Shown here one piece after another: positions 47,543 through 58,608 of a stretch of 64,000 nt of DNA (position 1 is the stretch's first letter; each line of letters starts with the position of its first letter). The DNA comes from Planktothrix sp. GU0601_MAG3 (lineage in GTDB: Bacteria; Cyanobacteriota; Cyanobacteriia; Cyanobacteriales; Microcoleaceae), in the NCBI GenBank assembly GCA_035193785.1, contig CP136572.1, positions 3,572,578 to 3,636,577 of the forward strand, read 5' to 3'. The notes under the pieces are model-generated. The model was not told the DNA's origin, ran no database searches, and saw nothing but the letters and a program-made list of their open reading frames with translations. The translations under genes and the position numbers were made by a program.

Positions 47543-48304
47543 TTAATCTTGAATATTCATGGTGATTTTAGCGGATTGTAGTTGTTGATTTAACCACTGT
47601 TCAAACAATTCGTTTTGCAGCCGTTGTTTAACTTGAGGGTTGTCTAAGGAGGCTTCTAAAAACTCATCCACTCGGAAAATAGACCAGCCCCCCTCAACTT
47701 CCAGGGGGCCGACAATTTGCCCAACTGGGGTTTGTTGTAATATGACCTTGAGGGGATCGGGAATGGTTGACCAACCCACGGCCCCCATCATCCCATTAAA
47801 AGAACGTTCATTGGTAATAGAATACTCTCGGGCTAATTCTTCAAACCGGCTTTCCTGTTCTTTTAAACGAGATACTAATGTCTCTGCCAGTTCGTAGTCA
47901 TTCAAGGAAATTCGGGATAAAACCACCGCATCTAAAGCAGGTTTCCGTTGTTGAAAATACTCCTCAAGTTGGGGTTGTACAATCGAGAGTTTGAGTTTTT
48001 CCCGTTTGAACCCAGAAACAATTTGTTGGTGAAAGGCTTCGTAGGTCATGCGGTTACTTTCTAACCACTGTTGAAAGGCTTGGGGGTCACTGAGATTACG
48101 TTCTAATCTAAAATTCACCACGGACTGCTCAATACTAGCAGCAGGGACATCCAAATCCGTTCGGGATTGCAATTCCCGATCCAGAATATACTCCCGCAAA
48201 ATATCGGCCACCATGGGCTGGAGTTTTCCCGCCGTTTGCAGGTATTTGAGGGCTTGACCTAACAGAATGGGTTCGTCATTAACAGTTAAAAACGGATTAG
48301 TCAC
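47543..48304 (-). CDS. PpiC/parvulin-like peptidylprolyl isomerase-domain protein
   Basis: FEELAREYS, NGMMGAV, GQIVGP, LFEQWL. Confidence 0.75.
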   Translation of the reverse strand: MTNPFLTVNDEPILLGQALKYLQTAGKLQPMVADILREYILDRELQSRTDLDVPAASIEQSVVNFRLERNLSDPQAFQQWLESNRMTYEAFHQQIVSGFKREKLKLSIVQPQLEEYFQQRKPALDAVVLSRISLNDYELAETLVSRLKEQESRFEELAREYSITNERSFNGMMGAVGWSTIPDPLKVILQQTPVGQIVGPLEVEGGWSIFRVDEFLEASLDNPQVKQRLQNELFEQWLNQQLQSAKITMNIQD

Positions 48305-48613
48305 TGAAATTCACATCCTCAACATGATTGTATTCACAAATATTGTAAGGGTTTAGGCTCTCGGTGCTATCAGATTTACCCAGAGTCCCTGCTACTCCCC
48401 GTCCCAATATTTGGCCACGGCTTAGTCGAGAGTTGTTAAAGACACTGAAAGACACAATTATCAAGCAGATAGGCTATGCTAAGTACAATGAGGATTAAAC
48501 TCAATAGAATATCAATTAGCCCTTAACTACTTTTGGTGAATCCCAGTGGTGGCTAATTGTCCATTTTCCGTCCTATTCGGAACCCCACAGTCCTAATTCT
48601 TTGGGAGATAGCC

Positions 48614-48869
48614 ATGTCAGAAACGCGATGATTTTCTCTACCCTCGCAGTCGCTACCAGGGAGAGTTTACCCCGGAAAAACTCATTTTCAATTCCAACTT
48701 ACAGGAATTCGCCCAGCGAGTTAACTATATTTGTGGATTGGAGACTAATGGGAAAGTAAGTTCAGAGGAAGCCTATCAACAAATTAAACAACTTTGGAAA
48801 AAGTTACGTTCATCGAAAAAAAGTCTAGGAATTAGTAAACCTCCTGATCAAACTCCAGATAATGGTTAA
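48614..48869 (+). CDS. small conserved cyanobacterial protein (frameshift near 48622; absent from the ORF track)
   Basis: RBS GGAG then ATG; DFLYPRSRYQGEFTPEKLIFNSNLQEFAQRVNYICGLETNGKVSSEEAYQQIKQLWK. Confidence 0.75.
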
Positions 48870-48889
48870 CAAATATAAGCATATAACAG

Positions 48890-50041
48890 ATGGCATACGA
48901 ATCAGTTGATCAACTTCAAAAAGTTCTTGCAAACCAAGTATTTCATTACACTCAAGACGCGAAAAAAGCATCAGGCAGGGCACTTGGTACGCTAGTAGAA
49001 ATCATCACATTCTATCTCCTAAAGTCGTGGGGACTTGAAAATTCTGTCGCGATTGAAAGATCATTAGCTGAATACGGCAATACCGATATTACCCACAATG
49101 TTGAGTATTCTTTACATCCTATTTTGAGAAGGCATGGGTTATCTCTGCCAGCCAAATTGCCCCTTACTCCTACGCGCCTATTAGCAGCAATAGATGAGAA
49201 TGTGTTCCCAGTAAAAGGGTTTGAAAAATCAGGAAAAACGCTTTTGACAAGTGACTTAATTCTCAGAAATTCCTGTGTTGTAGCAAGAAGAGAAAAACCA
49301 TACTCATCACACTTGATGGCAAATCTGCTTTCCCAGTCGTCCGATGGCTTTCAAGTTACTCTCTTAGAGCAATATGCCAAACCATACACGATGTTTGAAT
49401 GTAAGCGTGTTGGGGTAGAAGAAGGCGCAAAGAAAGGCCCACAAACTATCGAAAAGGCAAAGCAGGGGGCTTATGTAGCAAAAATGGTTTCCTCGCTTCA
49501 TAAGGTGCGTATGCCGTCGGGAGAATTACGCGGTTTGATTTACAGATATGACGATGAAATTTACACCAAACCTTATGCTGAATTGGTAGCAGAAATTGTC
49601 GGATCAAATGATATCGAATTCCTACGCGATTTTATTCTAACTGTTGGCGTGGTTAGTAATCACGGTAATTGGTTTACTTCTGACAATCACAATAAAGAAC
49701 TGAAGGTTTTAGCTCAATCCTACGATTGGCTGATTTTCCTCACTGATGAAGGTTTGGCAGAGTTTATTACGGAACTTTTGCTTGATCCAAAGCCATTACT
49801 GGAGCCAGCAAGAAACGCTTTTCTGATAAGTTACACAGCGGAAAAGAAAAAGAACTTATTTACAAAAGTTCAAATGGATTATAAAGCTGATCAAGTTCTG
49901 CAATCATATTTTAAAGACAATTCGAGTAGGATCGAAAAATGGTTCAACATTATTGCCCCTAAAGGCAGTTCAATATCAAACCTACACTCCCAAATTTCGG
50001 AGTTACGCGACAAAAACTGGCAGAAAATATACTCACTATGA
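48890..50041 (+). CDS. putative Type II restriction endonuclease
   Basis: GTLVE and FECKR (E-x-K) motifs; ATGA overlap with a downstream MTase. Confidence 0.6.
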   Translation: MAYESVDQLQKVLANQVFHYTQDAKKASGRALGTLVEIITFYLLKSWGLENSVAIERSLAEYGNTDITHNVEYSLHPILRRHGLSLPAKLPLTPTRLLAAIDENVFPVKGFEKSGKTLLTSDLILRNSCVVARREKPYSSHLMANLLSQSSDGFQVTLLEQYAKPYTMFECKRVGVEEGAKKGPQTIEKAKQGAYVAKMVSSLHKVRMPSGELRGLIYRYDDEIYTKPYAELVAEIVGSNDIEFLRDFILTVGVVSNHGNWFTSDNHNKELKVLAQSYDWLIFLTDEGLAEFITELLLDPKPLLEPARNAFLISYTAEKKKNLFTKVQMDYKADQVLQSYFKDNSSRIEKWFNIIAPKGSSISNLHSQISELRDKNWQKIYSL

Positions 50042-50629
50042 CAGCAGGACGAAAAGTAATTAGTACCAAGAAAGATTGGGGAACCCCTCAAAAATATGTG
50101 GATGCCGTAAAAGAAGTTTTTGGCGGCGTTATTTACTTAGATCCATGCTCTAGTTCATTTTCCATAGTGAAGGCAAAGGTGGAGTATAAACTTCCTGACT
50201 CTGATGGACTTTTAGAGTCTTGGGATTTTCCAACAATATATGTTAATCCGCCTTACGGCAATGACAAGGAAACGCCGCACAAAAATAATAAATTGGATTC
50301 GTAAATGTGAAGAAGCGAATAGAGTTTATCAATCAGAAGTTATCGCTCTTGTCCCAGTTGCTACTAACACGCGCCATTGGAAAGAATATATTTATGGCAA
50401 AGCTACGGCTATCTGTTTTCTTTACGATACTCGGTTAAAGTTTCTGGTGGATGGAAAAGATGAAGGTACAGGTGCTCCTATGTCTTGTGCCATAATTTAT
50501 TGGGGGTGCGACTTTCAGTGTTTTTTTGAAGTGTTTATCAAGTTCGGTGCCGTTATTAATATCGAAAACTTACGCGGTGTGCAAATAGGGTTTATCAATG
50601 GCAATGGCAATGGCAAACGTAGAAAATAA
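50038..50629 (+). CDS. phage-Dam-like N6-adenine DNA methyltransferase (frameshift near 50270)
   Basis: DWGTP, LDPCS, DGL..SW, VNPPYG, LVPVATNT..W, RLKF. Confidence 0.8.
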
Positions 50630-50839
50630 TGGCTGAACAAAACAGGAATCTGGGAAATAAGGCTAAAGTGCCTCATTGCTCTGATATTAACCGTAGAACA
50701 TCAAGAATTTGTGAAAAAATGTCAATTTTATGATTATAGCAAAAGGCAATGGGCAATAGGTAAATAATTACTGTAGCTTTTGGCTTTCGGTGAATATCCC
50801 AATAGATGCTCTAACTGCTATAAATAAAAATAACAAAAT

Positions 50840-51406
50840 TTATACCTCAAAAACCTGTTTAGATATCAACTTTAATTCAGGAAAAAGTAAAGACTTAATT
50901 TCCTGTTCACCTGTAAATTCTGTAACTTCATAAAAACCAGAAACTAATAATAAAACCGAGATTTTTGCGGTTTCTGGGTCAATAATCCAATATTCAGGAA
51001 TCTCTCTAACCGCATATTCAGAACGCTTATAACGGTAATCATCATCAGAATTACCCGGACTCACAATTTCTACTGCCAAAAGGGGAGGTGCTTCTAAAAC
51101 AGCGGCGGACATTTTTCGGAGTTCTTGACATTGACTTTCTGACAAAATGACTAAATCAGGAATCCTTGATTTCTTTTTAGCTGTTCTTACTCCTACTGTA
51201 CCCGGCATGACTTTCCACTGCTGCTGAATTCGATCAATTTCCGCTTTTAAAATATCATAGATTAAAACCAAAATCAAAGCATGAAAACCACTGGCAGTAG
51301 GCATGATTTTTAGTTCTCCATTAACTAATTCATATTTGTTATCCGTGCCATCGTCATAAGCTAAATATTCTTCAAAGGAATAGGTTTTAGTTAGTAATTG
51401 AACCAT
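50840..51406 (-). CDS. Uma2 family endonuclease
   Basis: YELVNGEL, RIPDL, LAVEIVSPG, KRSEYA..IPEYWIIDP. Confidence 0.88.
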   Translation of the reverse strand: MVQLLTKTYSFEEYLAYDDGTDNKYELVNGELKIMPTASGFHALILVLIYDILKAEIDRIQQQWKVMPGTVGVRTAKKKSRIPDLVILSESQCQELRKMSAAVLEAPPLLAVEIVSPGNSDDDYRYKRSEYAVREIPEYWIIDPETAKISVLLLVSGFYEVTEFTGEQEIKSLLFPELKLISKQVFEV

Positions 51407-51464
51407 TTTTAATAGACTCCTAGGATTATTTCAAGGTGACTGTGACGGTTAATATTCAAAATAA

Positions 51465-52044
51465 TTAAAAAAGAGGTAGGTTTAAAATAAATTCTGGCAA
51501 GACATTTTCTCCTGATAAAGTTGTGGGTAATTTGACGATTTCAAGATCTTGATTAGAACGATATATTTCTACTTGTTGTTCTTGGGGATTAATTAACCAA
51601 CCTAAGCGCAAACCACTGTTAAGATATTCCTGCATTTTTGCTTGAAGTTGGGTTAAGGAGTCAGTGCGAGAACGTAATTCAATCACAAAATCAGGACATA
51701 TTGGGGGAAATTTTTCCTGTTCTTCAGGTGTTAGTAATTCCCAACGTTCCTTAGCTACCCAAGCAACATCGGGAGAGCGATCGCCACCATTTGGTAAGCG
51801 AAATATAGTAGAAGAAACTAAAAACTTTTCCTAGTTGAGTTTGACGATTCCAAAACCAAAGTTCACCGTTTAAATCTGATTCTCGATTACCACTGACTCC
51901 ACCAACGGGGGGCATAATTACTAATTCTCCTTGGACAGTTCGTTCAAGTTGCCAATTTTCATTATCTTGGCAAAGTTGATAAAATTGCTCGTTGGTTAAG
52001 GTGACATTTTTAAAACTTAAAATGATCGGTTCTGAAGTAATCAT
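51465..52044 (-). CDS. Uma2 family endonuclease (frameshift near 51815)
   Basis: LERTVQGELVIMPP, RSPDVAW, PDFVIELRS, LGWLINP. Confidence 0.85.
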
Positions 52045-52069
52045 TTTACCATCCTAATACTAGGGATAT

Positions 52070-52199
52070 TATAGTGCTAGGGAATGGGGAATTACGAATT
52101 ACGAATTACGAATTACGAATTACAGATGGGGAATGGGGAATGGGGAATGAGTTCTGGATTTAGAAGCGTCCTAACTGTAATGCAATGCGTAGTTGTATA
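52070..52199. mobile_element. MITE-like element (inverted relative of 47360-47472) with internal heptamer arrays
   Basis: Reverse complement CTACGCATT..AGTTAGGACGCTTCTAAATCCAG matches the 47367-47400 core; TATA at both ends. Confidence 0.6.
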
Positions 52200-52322
52200 G
52201 TAGTTTTTTATGGGGTATCAATTCAAGTTTTTGCAATAATTTTTAACAAATAATTGTTTTTTTAGCATCATAGAAGCACCCATGATTGAATATCAACAAA
52301 TAGCGATGCACCCGGCCTAATT

Positions 52323-54222
52323 TTAGGAATCTGCTAAAACGATAATCTGGTCTTTAGGGGTAAATTTTATCACTTCATCCTTTTTCGGATTGATCAAAAT
52401 CCCATAACCTTTAGCTAAATTTTTAGCATCCTTTAAACACCGAAAACCAATGGCTGATTCTCCCCGTTGTTTAGCCGCTTCAACAACGGTATAAAAATTA
52501 ATTGGTTCGTTAATATTGACATAATTACTGACCGATTTGAGGTAAATTTCTGACCCTTGAGGACTAAATAATTCGGCAAATACAGCATTTAAGTTTTTCT
52601 GTTCTGAAACTTGGGCTAACATCCGACTAATAATTTGTTCAGTAATCACAAAATCATCGGGACGCGCCACTTGAGCTAAGGCTTGATTGCGGGTATCTAA
52701 CATTTCAGTGACAATCTGTATATTAGGATTTTTGCGATCGGCAATATCTCGAAGATAGATCAAGGTAATTAAGGTTTGAGCGTCGGCTTCTTCGGGATCT
52801 AACTCCGAATTAGACAAGACAATAACATGGTGATATTTCTCCAAATTTAGGGACTCTAAAACATTTCTTTCCGTCGCTGATCCTTGGTAATAATCCAGGG
52901 TTTGTTGTTGTAAATTTAAGTTACTTAAAGCATGAATAATATCGGTTTCTGGGAAGGGCGAAACCAGTGTAACACTGGAGTTACTGGCAACATATTGATC
53001 CAGTTGAACTAGAATCCGAGGAGTGTGATCATTCCACCCTAAAATTAACGTATGTTCGGGGGTCGGGATGGCTGTTTCTTTCGTCAGTTGCATCGCACTC
53101 CGATTAATCGCAAATTCTGAAACACCGGATAAGCGAATCGTGCTATCATCCTCACTTAAAACCACTAATTTTTCTCCCGGTTGCAAGATCCTATCAAGGG
53201 TCGGATTGAGTTGAATTGTTGCATCGGTTGATTGTATTCCCATCACCGCAGAATCAACATAGGCTAGGAGAATATCTCCATAGGATTGATTGTACAAAGT
53301 AGGTTCTTCGTGAATATAGATTTCATTCCCGCTAAAATCCAATAATTCCATATAAACAATCGATAAACCCGATTGACGGCAAGTTTGAACAATGATGCGA
53401 GAAATTAAATCCTGAGTCAGTAATCCTTCAATTTCATCCTGTCCGATGATTTGAATAATATCGAGGGTATTAATATCTTGAACCTGGGCGACAATATGAT
53501 AGGGTTTAGATTCTAAACGGGGTAAATTTTTAATTGCTAAAAGAGTCTTAATTAAATGAGTATCGGACTGGTTTATAGATTCATTTAAAATAATAATTGA
53601 GCGGGCTGCCTGAATATTCACCATGCCTAAATCCGCTAAATTACTGGGATTTCCTGTACGACAAACGAGGCGAAATTGACGCAGTTTCCCCAACTCATTA
53701 TAGAGCCGATCTTCCATCTGAACTTTATCTTCAGGACTGAGAATAACAATGCAAGTATCTGAACGGTTAGCATTAGCTAAAATCAGTTGACTAATTAAAG
53801 TGATGATTTGTATTGACCAACCCAGGATCACAATATGATCGGTTTCAATCACCCGTGAACGTCCTTTTCGCAGGTCTTCTAATTTGGTATCAATGCCACT
53901 ACTGAGCAAACCAATCAGGGTACTAATAATAAATATTCCGCCAAAGGTAACCAATAACATCGCCAGACGAAATGACCATCCCTGGTCACCCCCCATGGTT
54001 TCCCGCATCCAGGGTACGCATTAAAACAGCCCACATTGCCTCAAAGGGATTCAGGGCACTATCCCCAGGGGGTGCAACCCTGGCGAGACTGACTAAAAAT
54101 CCCATAATCACAATAAATGTGAAGGACACCAGTGCTAAACCACTGACTAGGGCAATGGTGCCCTTTGACATGAAATTATCAAACTTGTAGCGGAACTGTT
54201 CTGCAAAGGTAATTTTACTCAT
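52323..54222 (-). CDS. CASTOR/POLLUX-like ion channel with tandem RCK domains (frameshift near 53995)
   Basis: RYKFDNFMSKG, TM-pore-TM, LRKGRSRVIE.DHIVILGW, QTCRQSGLS.VY.ELLDFSGNEIY, GSEIYLK. Confidence 0.8.
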
Positions 54223-54266
54223 ATTAGCTGGTTAAGGGGTGCAAAAAACTTGAATTTGATACTATC

Positions 54267-56751
54267 CTAAACTGGATGAATCTGCCAAATATTCTCGGAA
54301 TAATTCTGGATGATTGGATCAGAGGAAAAACTACCTAAACGGGCGACATTTAAAATAGACATTCTCGTCCATATTTCCCAATTTCGGTAGGTTTGGCTGA
54401 TTTTATCTTGGCAATCCAGATAGGATTGATAGTCAGCAAAAACCATGTATTCATCGTGATATAATAGGGCATCAATTAAGGTTTTAAACAGATTCGGATC
54501 ACCTTGGGAAAAATAGCCCGATGCAATTTGATCAATACCTTCCCGCAGGCTTTCATTGCCATGATAATAACTCCAAGGGTTATAACCTTTGGCTTTTAAA
54601 ACTTCAATATCAGATAAACCTAATCCAAAATCAAAGAAATTTTCTGCTCCGACCGCATTGCGTAATTCCTCACTCGCCCCATCGACAATTCCTAATGTTA
54701 AGACCCCATTAAAAGCTGGTTTTAAAATTGCAATTCCCCCGGCTTTTTTCCCCGCCATGGCTAAATGTTCGGAAACATCGGCGGCGGGATAAATATGTTG
54801 ACTTAAAGTTTGATTTACATTCGGAATAAATACGACTTTTAAGCGATCGCCAATAATAGGATCAGAATTAATCACTTGACCCACCGCATTAATTAATTTA
54901 ATCATTAATTTCCCCATCACATAACCGGGGGCGGTTTTTCCTGCAAAAATAAAGGTTTGGGGAACATAATCTCCATCGGGATTTTTCCGAATCCGATTAT
55001 AGAGGGTAATGATTTTCAAAATATTCAAATGTTGACGTTTATATTCCTGAATTCTTTCAATTTGAATATCAAAAATAGAATCAGGATTTACCGTAATCCC
55101 ACAATTTTTTTGAATATAACTAGCTAAATTTCTTTTGTTTTCTTGCTTAATATTTCGCCAAGCTAAACGAAATTCTAACCGATCTAATTCCGATTCTAAA
55201 CCCTGCAAATCCGCAAAATTTTTAATCCAGCTATTACCAATTTTATGGGTAATTAATTCCGTCAAACGGGGATTGGCTAAAACCAACCAACGCCGAGGGG
55301 TGATACCACTGCTAATTGCTCTGAATTTTTCCGGTGTTAATTCATAAAAATCGGGAATAATTGATTGCTTTAATCGTTCGGTTTGCCAGAGAGAAATTCC
55401 ATTAATTGCATAACTTCCCAGACAAGCTAAATGGGTCATACGAACATATCTTTCTCCGGTTTCATCAATTAAAGAAAGTCGGGATAATTTCTGAAAATCC
55501 CCCGGATATTGACTGCGAACTCCAATCAACAATCGATTATTGATTTCATAGATAATTTCTAAGTGACGGGGTAATAAACTTCCCAATAATCCCACAGACC
55601 ATTTTTCCTGAGCTTCCGGTAATAAGCTGGGGTTAAGATAGGTAAAAGTTTGTCTAGTAATTGACCAGGATTTTTCCCATTCTAGGGCATATTCATCAAT
55701 GAATAATCGCATTAATTCCGCGATCGCGATCGCACTAGCCGTATCATGGAGTTGAATAGAATAGTGTTGATGAAATGTCTCTAAATTTTCTCCACTTGCC
55801 AGATGATTCCGAATCATATCCTGGAGAGAAACAGGAGACAAAAAAGAATTGTTGTTCTAAACGTAGTTGTTTTTGCTGAATTTTTTCATCATGGGGATAT
55901 AATACTTTAGTGAGTAATTCAACATAGGGTTTTCCCTGAACAATTCCATAATAATCTCCAATATTAAAATCCTGAGAATTAAAGGAAACAATGGGTTCTG
56001 CTTTCCATAATCTTAGGGTATTGACGGTATGACTTTGATAACCGGAAATCGGTGTATCATAGGGAACTCCTTTGATACAACGCTGGGGAATCCAACGCAC
56101 CCGATAGCGTTCTTGTTGGTCATAATAGGCCTCCGTATGACCCCCTAACTGCACATTTACCGTAGCCTCGGGACGGGCAATTTCCCAGGGATTTCCATAC
56201 CGTAACCATTTATCAATTTTTTCGACTTGCCAACCGTGATGAATTTCTTGATCAAAACTACCAAATTCATAACGAATTCCATAGGCAATAGCGGGTAGAT
56301 TTAAGGTAGACAAAGAATCTAATTCATCAATAGGTAATTGGGCAACATTTCCATAGCCTAAACTGGGTTCTATTTCTTGGTCAATTAAGTCTTGTAAGTT
56401 AAGATTAAAGGCTTTTAGAGATTCTTGGAATGGTTCCCATAAATGGCAATTTACTAAATGATTAGCTAGATGAGATCCTAAAGAATATTCCGTGGAAAAA
56501 TAGCAAATTTGTTTAACTTTATTTTGGGAATAGGTTTGAGTTGTTTTCACCCAGGAGGGCATTAAAAATTGTCGAACAGTATGGGCTAAGGCTTGATATA
56601 ATTCCTGGGGGGTTGCGGTTGTGGGTAATTGACCTTGAAGATAGAGCAGGTTAGCCACAAACTCTCGTTGTAAATCCTCTAAGGCGGGTGCTGTTTCAGA
56701 ATAATCAGCCGTGGGGGAGTTGAAAATAGAATCGGGAATTAATGGACTCAT
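54267..56751 (-). CDS. glycogen/alpha-glucan phosphorylase homologue with degenerate catalytic motifs (frameshift near 55835)
   Basis: GIRYEFG.F.Q, NTLRLWKA, KVLYP.D, GITPRRWL, EYKRQ, FSSD scaffold of GT35. Confidence 0.85.
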
Positions 56752-56805
56752 ATTAGTAAAATTATTACCCTTGAGGGTAGAGATTGTTTAACTTGAATAA
56801 ACATA

Positions 56806-56990
56806 CAGAAAGGAAAGAGAGAGACGCGCCGTAGAAAGAAAGAGAGAGAGACACGCCGTGGCACGAAGGAAAGAGAGAGACGCGCCGTAGAAAGAAAGAG
56901 AGAGAGACGCGCCGTGGCACGAAGGAAAGAGAGAGAGACGCGCCGTGGCACGAAGGAAAGAGAGAGAGACGCGCCGTGGCACGTCTCTAC
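56806..56990. repeat. tandem array of 26-32 bp units built on REP half-sites and GA tracts
   Basis: Six units of GAAAGAGAGAGACGCGCCGT(GGCAC/AGAA); only the last completes the palindrome. Confidence 0.9.
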
Positions 56991-57014
56991 GGTTTTTGAT
57001 CAATTTTTGGGTAT

Positions 57015-58194
57015 TTAAACCGTGGCTAAATGGAAGGATACACCTAGTCCAGCAGCCATTTCTTCGGCGGTAATTTGACCATCATTATCTTGATCGAGGG
57101 CATCAAATACGGCGTCTGTTCCTGACCATTCTTCCCGGGTAATATAGCCATCTCCATCTAAATCATAGGCGCGGAAAATGTCTTCAGCCGCATGGCTAAT
57201 TACTTCTTCACCTTCTAAACGAGCTAGACGTTCAGCTAAGAATTTTTCTAAGGCTTCTAAGGCTTTAGAAAACCCTTTAATTCCTTCTTCTAATTTTTCC
57301 GAAGCCATCCGATCTTCGGCGTGCATTCGGTTAAAAGTCTCTTGATCAATGGAGATTTTTTCCAGGTCTAAACTGGTGGCGGTTTCGGGATTGAGTTTCC
57401 GGGGAAGGTCGCCAATAGTTGATTGTAATTCTTCTAAGAGGGCGGGAGAAATTGTTAATAAATCACATCCGGCCAACTCGGTAATTTCCCCAATATTACG
57501 GAAACTCGCTCCCATCACTTCTGTTTGATAGCCAAATTTTTTATAATAGTTATAAATTTGGGTAACAGATAGAACGCCGGGGTCTTCTTCCGGGGGGTAG
57601 GAATCTCGTCCGGTGTCTTTTTTGTACCAATCTAAAATCCGACCGACGAAGGGAGAAATTAAGGTAGTTTCCAGCTTCTGCACAGGCGATCGCTTGATGA
57701 ATCCCAAATAATAGGGTTAAATTACAATGAATTCCTTCTTTTTCTAGGACTTCGGCGGCTTTAATCCCTTCCCAAGTGGAGGCAATTTTAATTAGAATGC
57801 GATCGCGGGCAATCCCAGCCGCTTCATATTGCGAGATAATATAGCGACCTTTAGCAATGGTGGTTTCCGTATCATAGGATAACCGAGCATCGACTTCCGT
57901 GGATACGCGCCCGGGAATAATGGCTAATATTTTTAATCCAAAAGCCACGGCCAACCTTTCAAAAGCTAAATTTGCCACTTCAGCCGGCGAAGCACTTCCC
58001 CCCAACTCCTGACGGGCTTTTTTGAGAGTATCATCCACAATACTTTCATATTGGGGCATTTGGGCGGCGGCAGTAATTAAGGAAGGGTTGGTAGTTGCAT
58101 CTCTAGGGGTGTACATCTCAATGGCTTGGATATCTCCAGTATCCGCCACGACAACGGTAATTTCCCGTAGTTGTTCGAGTAGAGTTTGTGCCAT
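57015..58194 (-). CDS. tal: transaldolase with C-terminal EF-hand pair (frameshift near 57670)
   Basis: [41 protein letters not shown]; loops [12 protein letters not shown] and [12 protein letters not shown]. Confidence 0.93.
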
Positions 58195-58608
58195 TATTTT
58201 CCGTCCTCTATTTAAGTCGCTAATCATAGCAGAGTATAGCAAATCCGTTCTATAAAACTTACCCAAAATTACCAAGTCAGACCAAGATAGATTTTCTTCT
58301 AGTTCTGTCTAGTTATGGGTAGAAATTACTGAACTATTCATACCCCATAATAAAGTTTAGTTGAACCTCGACGAATAGATCAATATAAAAGATTAGGCTG
58401 ATCCCGATAATTCACCAAAAAGCGATCATCATGGTTTTGCCATAATTTAGGGTCAAAAGCCTGGAAATTCGTCAACCTTAGTATCAAGATTTTATAAAAT
58501 CTACGAGAATATACGGAGTTGACCTCATTAAAATGAACAATTGTGCTTTTAATTGAGGCAAGTTTGCTGTAAAATTTGATCATATTTTTTCATAGTGTGA
58601 TTAATAAT

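Noticed and set aside
56806..56990. Possible CRISPR array
   Set aside because: The units are directly tandem with no unique spacers, and no cas genes are present in the window
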